64,000 nt of DNA, from the NCBI GenBank assembly GCA_963674945.2, contig CAXXWQ010000001.1, positions 32,001 to 96,000 on the forward strand, in the 5' to 3' direction. The notes below the pieces were generated by a model. That model saw only the letters and a list, made by a program, of their open reading frames with translations, did no database searches and was not told the DNA's origin. The stretch is from an uncultured Desulfosarcina sp. Its GTDB lineage: Bacteria; Desulfobacterota; Desulfobacteria; Desulfobacterales; Desulfosarcinaceae. Made by a program: the position numbers and the translations under genes. Below are positions 62,586 through 64,000 of this stretch, piece by piece. How positions within the stretch are numbered: the stretch's first letter is position 1; every line of letters starts with the position of its first letter.

Positions 62586-63209
62586 TCAAGGTGAATCCTG
62601 AATCACCCATCGCTGCAGATCGCTGTTGACCCACTGCCACAGATGGATATTGCGATCCTCACCGGAACCGCTCAAATACATGTCGTCTTCGGCGCAACGC
62701 AATTGAAAGCAGGGGCCATCGGGTATCAGTTCCCATCTGGTAATCACTGTTACTGCATCATAGTCTTCCATCGTTGCATATATACGGTTTGTGATTGGAT
62801 TCGCAGCAATATCCCGGAAACGATAGGTATCTTCTTTTACTGGAATTTCCGTAACAACAGTGTTGCTGACGCCATCGATTACGGAGATGATATGATGCCT
62901 ATTGTGTGTAACGTAGATGCGGTTTGTATTGGGGTTCGCGCCGATGCCGGCCGGCCAGACACTTACGGGAACATCGGCGATTACAGTGTTGCTGTCCCCA
63001 TCGATAACGTAAACCGAGTCTGTGTCAAATCTGAACCTGCTGGCTACATAGATCCTGTTTGTGTCGGGGGTAACGCTGATACCTTGGACAGAAAACCCCA
63101 CAGGAATGATGTTCATAATTGCGTATTTCGCATGTGCAACGCAACTGAAGCAGAAAACAAGCAAAAATAGTAGTATCGGCTCCGGTATTTTTTTAAATTC
63201 GAAAACCAT
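62586..63209 (-). CDS. Secreted YVTN/YncE beta-propeller repeat protein, apparently truncated and fused to a ricin-B-like fragment
   Basis: Signal peptide, about 3 repeats of NP.TNRIYV....SVIDG.SNTV, then TRWELIPDG...IHLWQWVNSDLQRW. Confidence 0.65.
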   Translation of the reverse strand: MVFEFKKIPEPILLFLLVFCFSCVAHAKYAIMNIIPVGFSVQGISVTPDTNRIYVASRFRFDTDSVYVIDGDSNTVIADVPVSVWPAGIGANPNTNRIYVTHNRHHIISVIDGVSNTVVTEIPVKEDTYRFRDIAANPITNRIYATMEDYDAVTVITRWELIPDGPCFQLRCAEDDMYLSGSGEDRNIHLWQWVNSDLQRWVIQDSP

Positions 63210-64000
63210 GATTTCACCTTTGTTACGTATCATTTTTTACGAAAAAATTTGAATCAAAGCGAAGGTGCCCCTGAAGGGTGTTGCCCCTCAAAGGCATTCA
63301 CATCGGCATTTTGAGAAATCCCTTTTTCATTACCTTCTCCACCAAGGATGATCGTTGGTGGTGCAACGAATGAAGGCGGTATGTCAGGATATCTTCTACT
63401 TCAGGTAGGGATAGAGGCGTAAATCGTTCTGCAAATCGTGCAAATGATGGAAGCGTAAGGAACCTTGTCGTTGAACGTCGGGTTCGTAAACTTAGCCGTC
63501 CAATATCGAAAGAATAGATCTGCCTTCATGTCATGTCAACCGATACAAGACGATGGCTCACGCAAAGGTGCAAAGGGGTTTTCAATACTGTTTTTTTCTT
63601 AGCGGTACGACATCCGATCCAATCTGTTTTCACAATAAATACAAATAAATAAGATGTTGACAGACTCGCTGTTATCGGTATATTCTGGTAAATAGATCGT
63701 TTTTCCGGCTCTACATCCTAACTGCATGTCTCCTCTGCTGTAAGTATTGCGTTTCGTTCCTCTTCCATTAATACATCAACTTGCCTTCTTTCTGACCGGT
63801 ATTGGCATTGGCGTCATCGGTAAAATTGTCCGCTTACACCATAGCATCGGGACGGCAGAATGAAGACAAGATCTCCAACCACTGCCAAAATAACCCGTCC
63901 TATTCCCACGGGGGGTTATCCCAGGAAACGCCTGTTTGCTCTGCTGGATCGCAAACAACAGTATCCGGTTATCTGGATTTCAGGTCCTCCCGGTTGCGGC

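Noticed and set aside
63776..64000. 60-aa minus-strand ORF at the window end
   Set aside because: No motif or RBS; cannot be evaluated without the adjacent sequence

Overview
Core-chromosome window from a sulfate-reducing Desulfobacterota genome; the 16S sequence and gene content look Desulfosarcina-like, which is an inference. In order it contains: the 3' end of rodA, a bactofilin, atpF'FHAGDC, zapB-zapA-6S RNA-rny-tyrS, and two head-to-tail rRNA operons (16S-Ile-Ala-23S-5S, 5425-bp period, each with its own promoter). These are followed by an AAA/DUF4143 ATPase, a sigma54 two-component pair, an Aap/Bzt-type amino-acid ABC transporter, der, rarA, ResB/CcsA cytochrome c biogenesis with ahbA, an intact IS1380-family element inserted in the RBS of a thioredoxin-reductase-like gene, sfsA, zraP/S/R, a hybrid kinase plus Hpt protein, lolA, nadA, yebC, rlmE, radA and an MltB-like gene. 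After tRNA-Glu(CTC) lies a decayed accessory region: an att-bounded Fic islet with no integrase, and two toxin-antitoxin pairs whose toxins are broken while the antitoxins are intact. The most unusual signal is non-coding. A family of about 120-180-bp intergenic palindromes (at least 8 full or part copies plus end fragments) shares short conserved internal-loop motifs while the stems and terminal repeats differ between copies yet stay complementary. Their ends repeatedly coincide with stop codons. A second class of long inverted repeats is built from heptamer units. All coordinates and alignments were read by eye; no searches were run.
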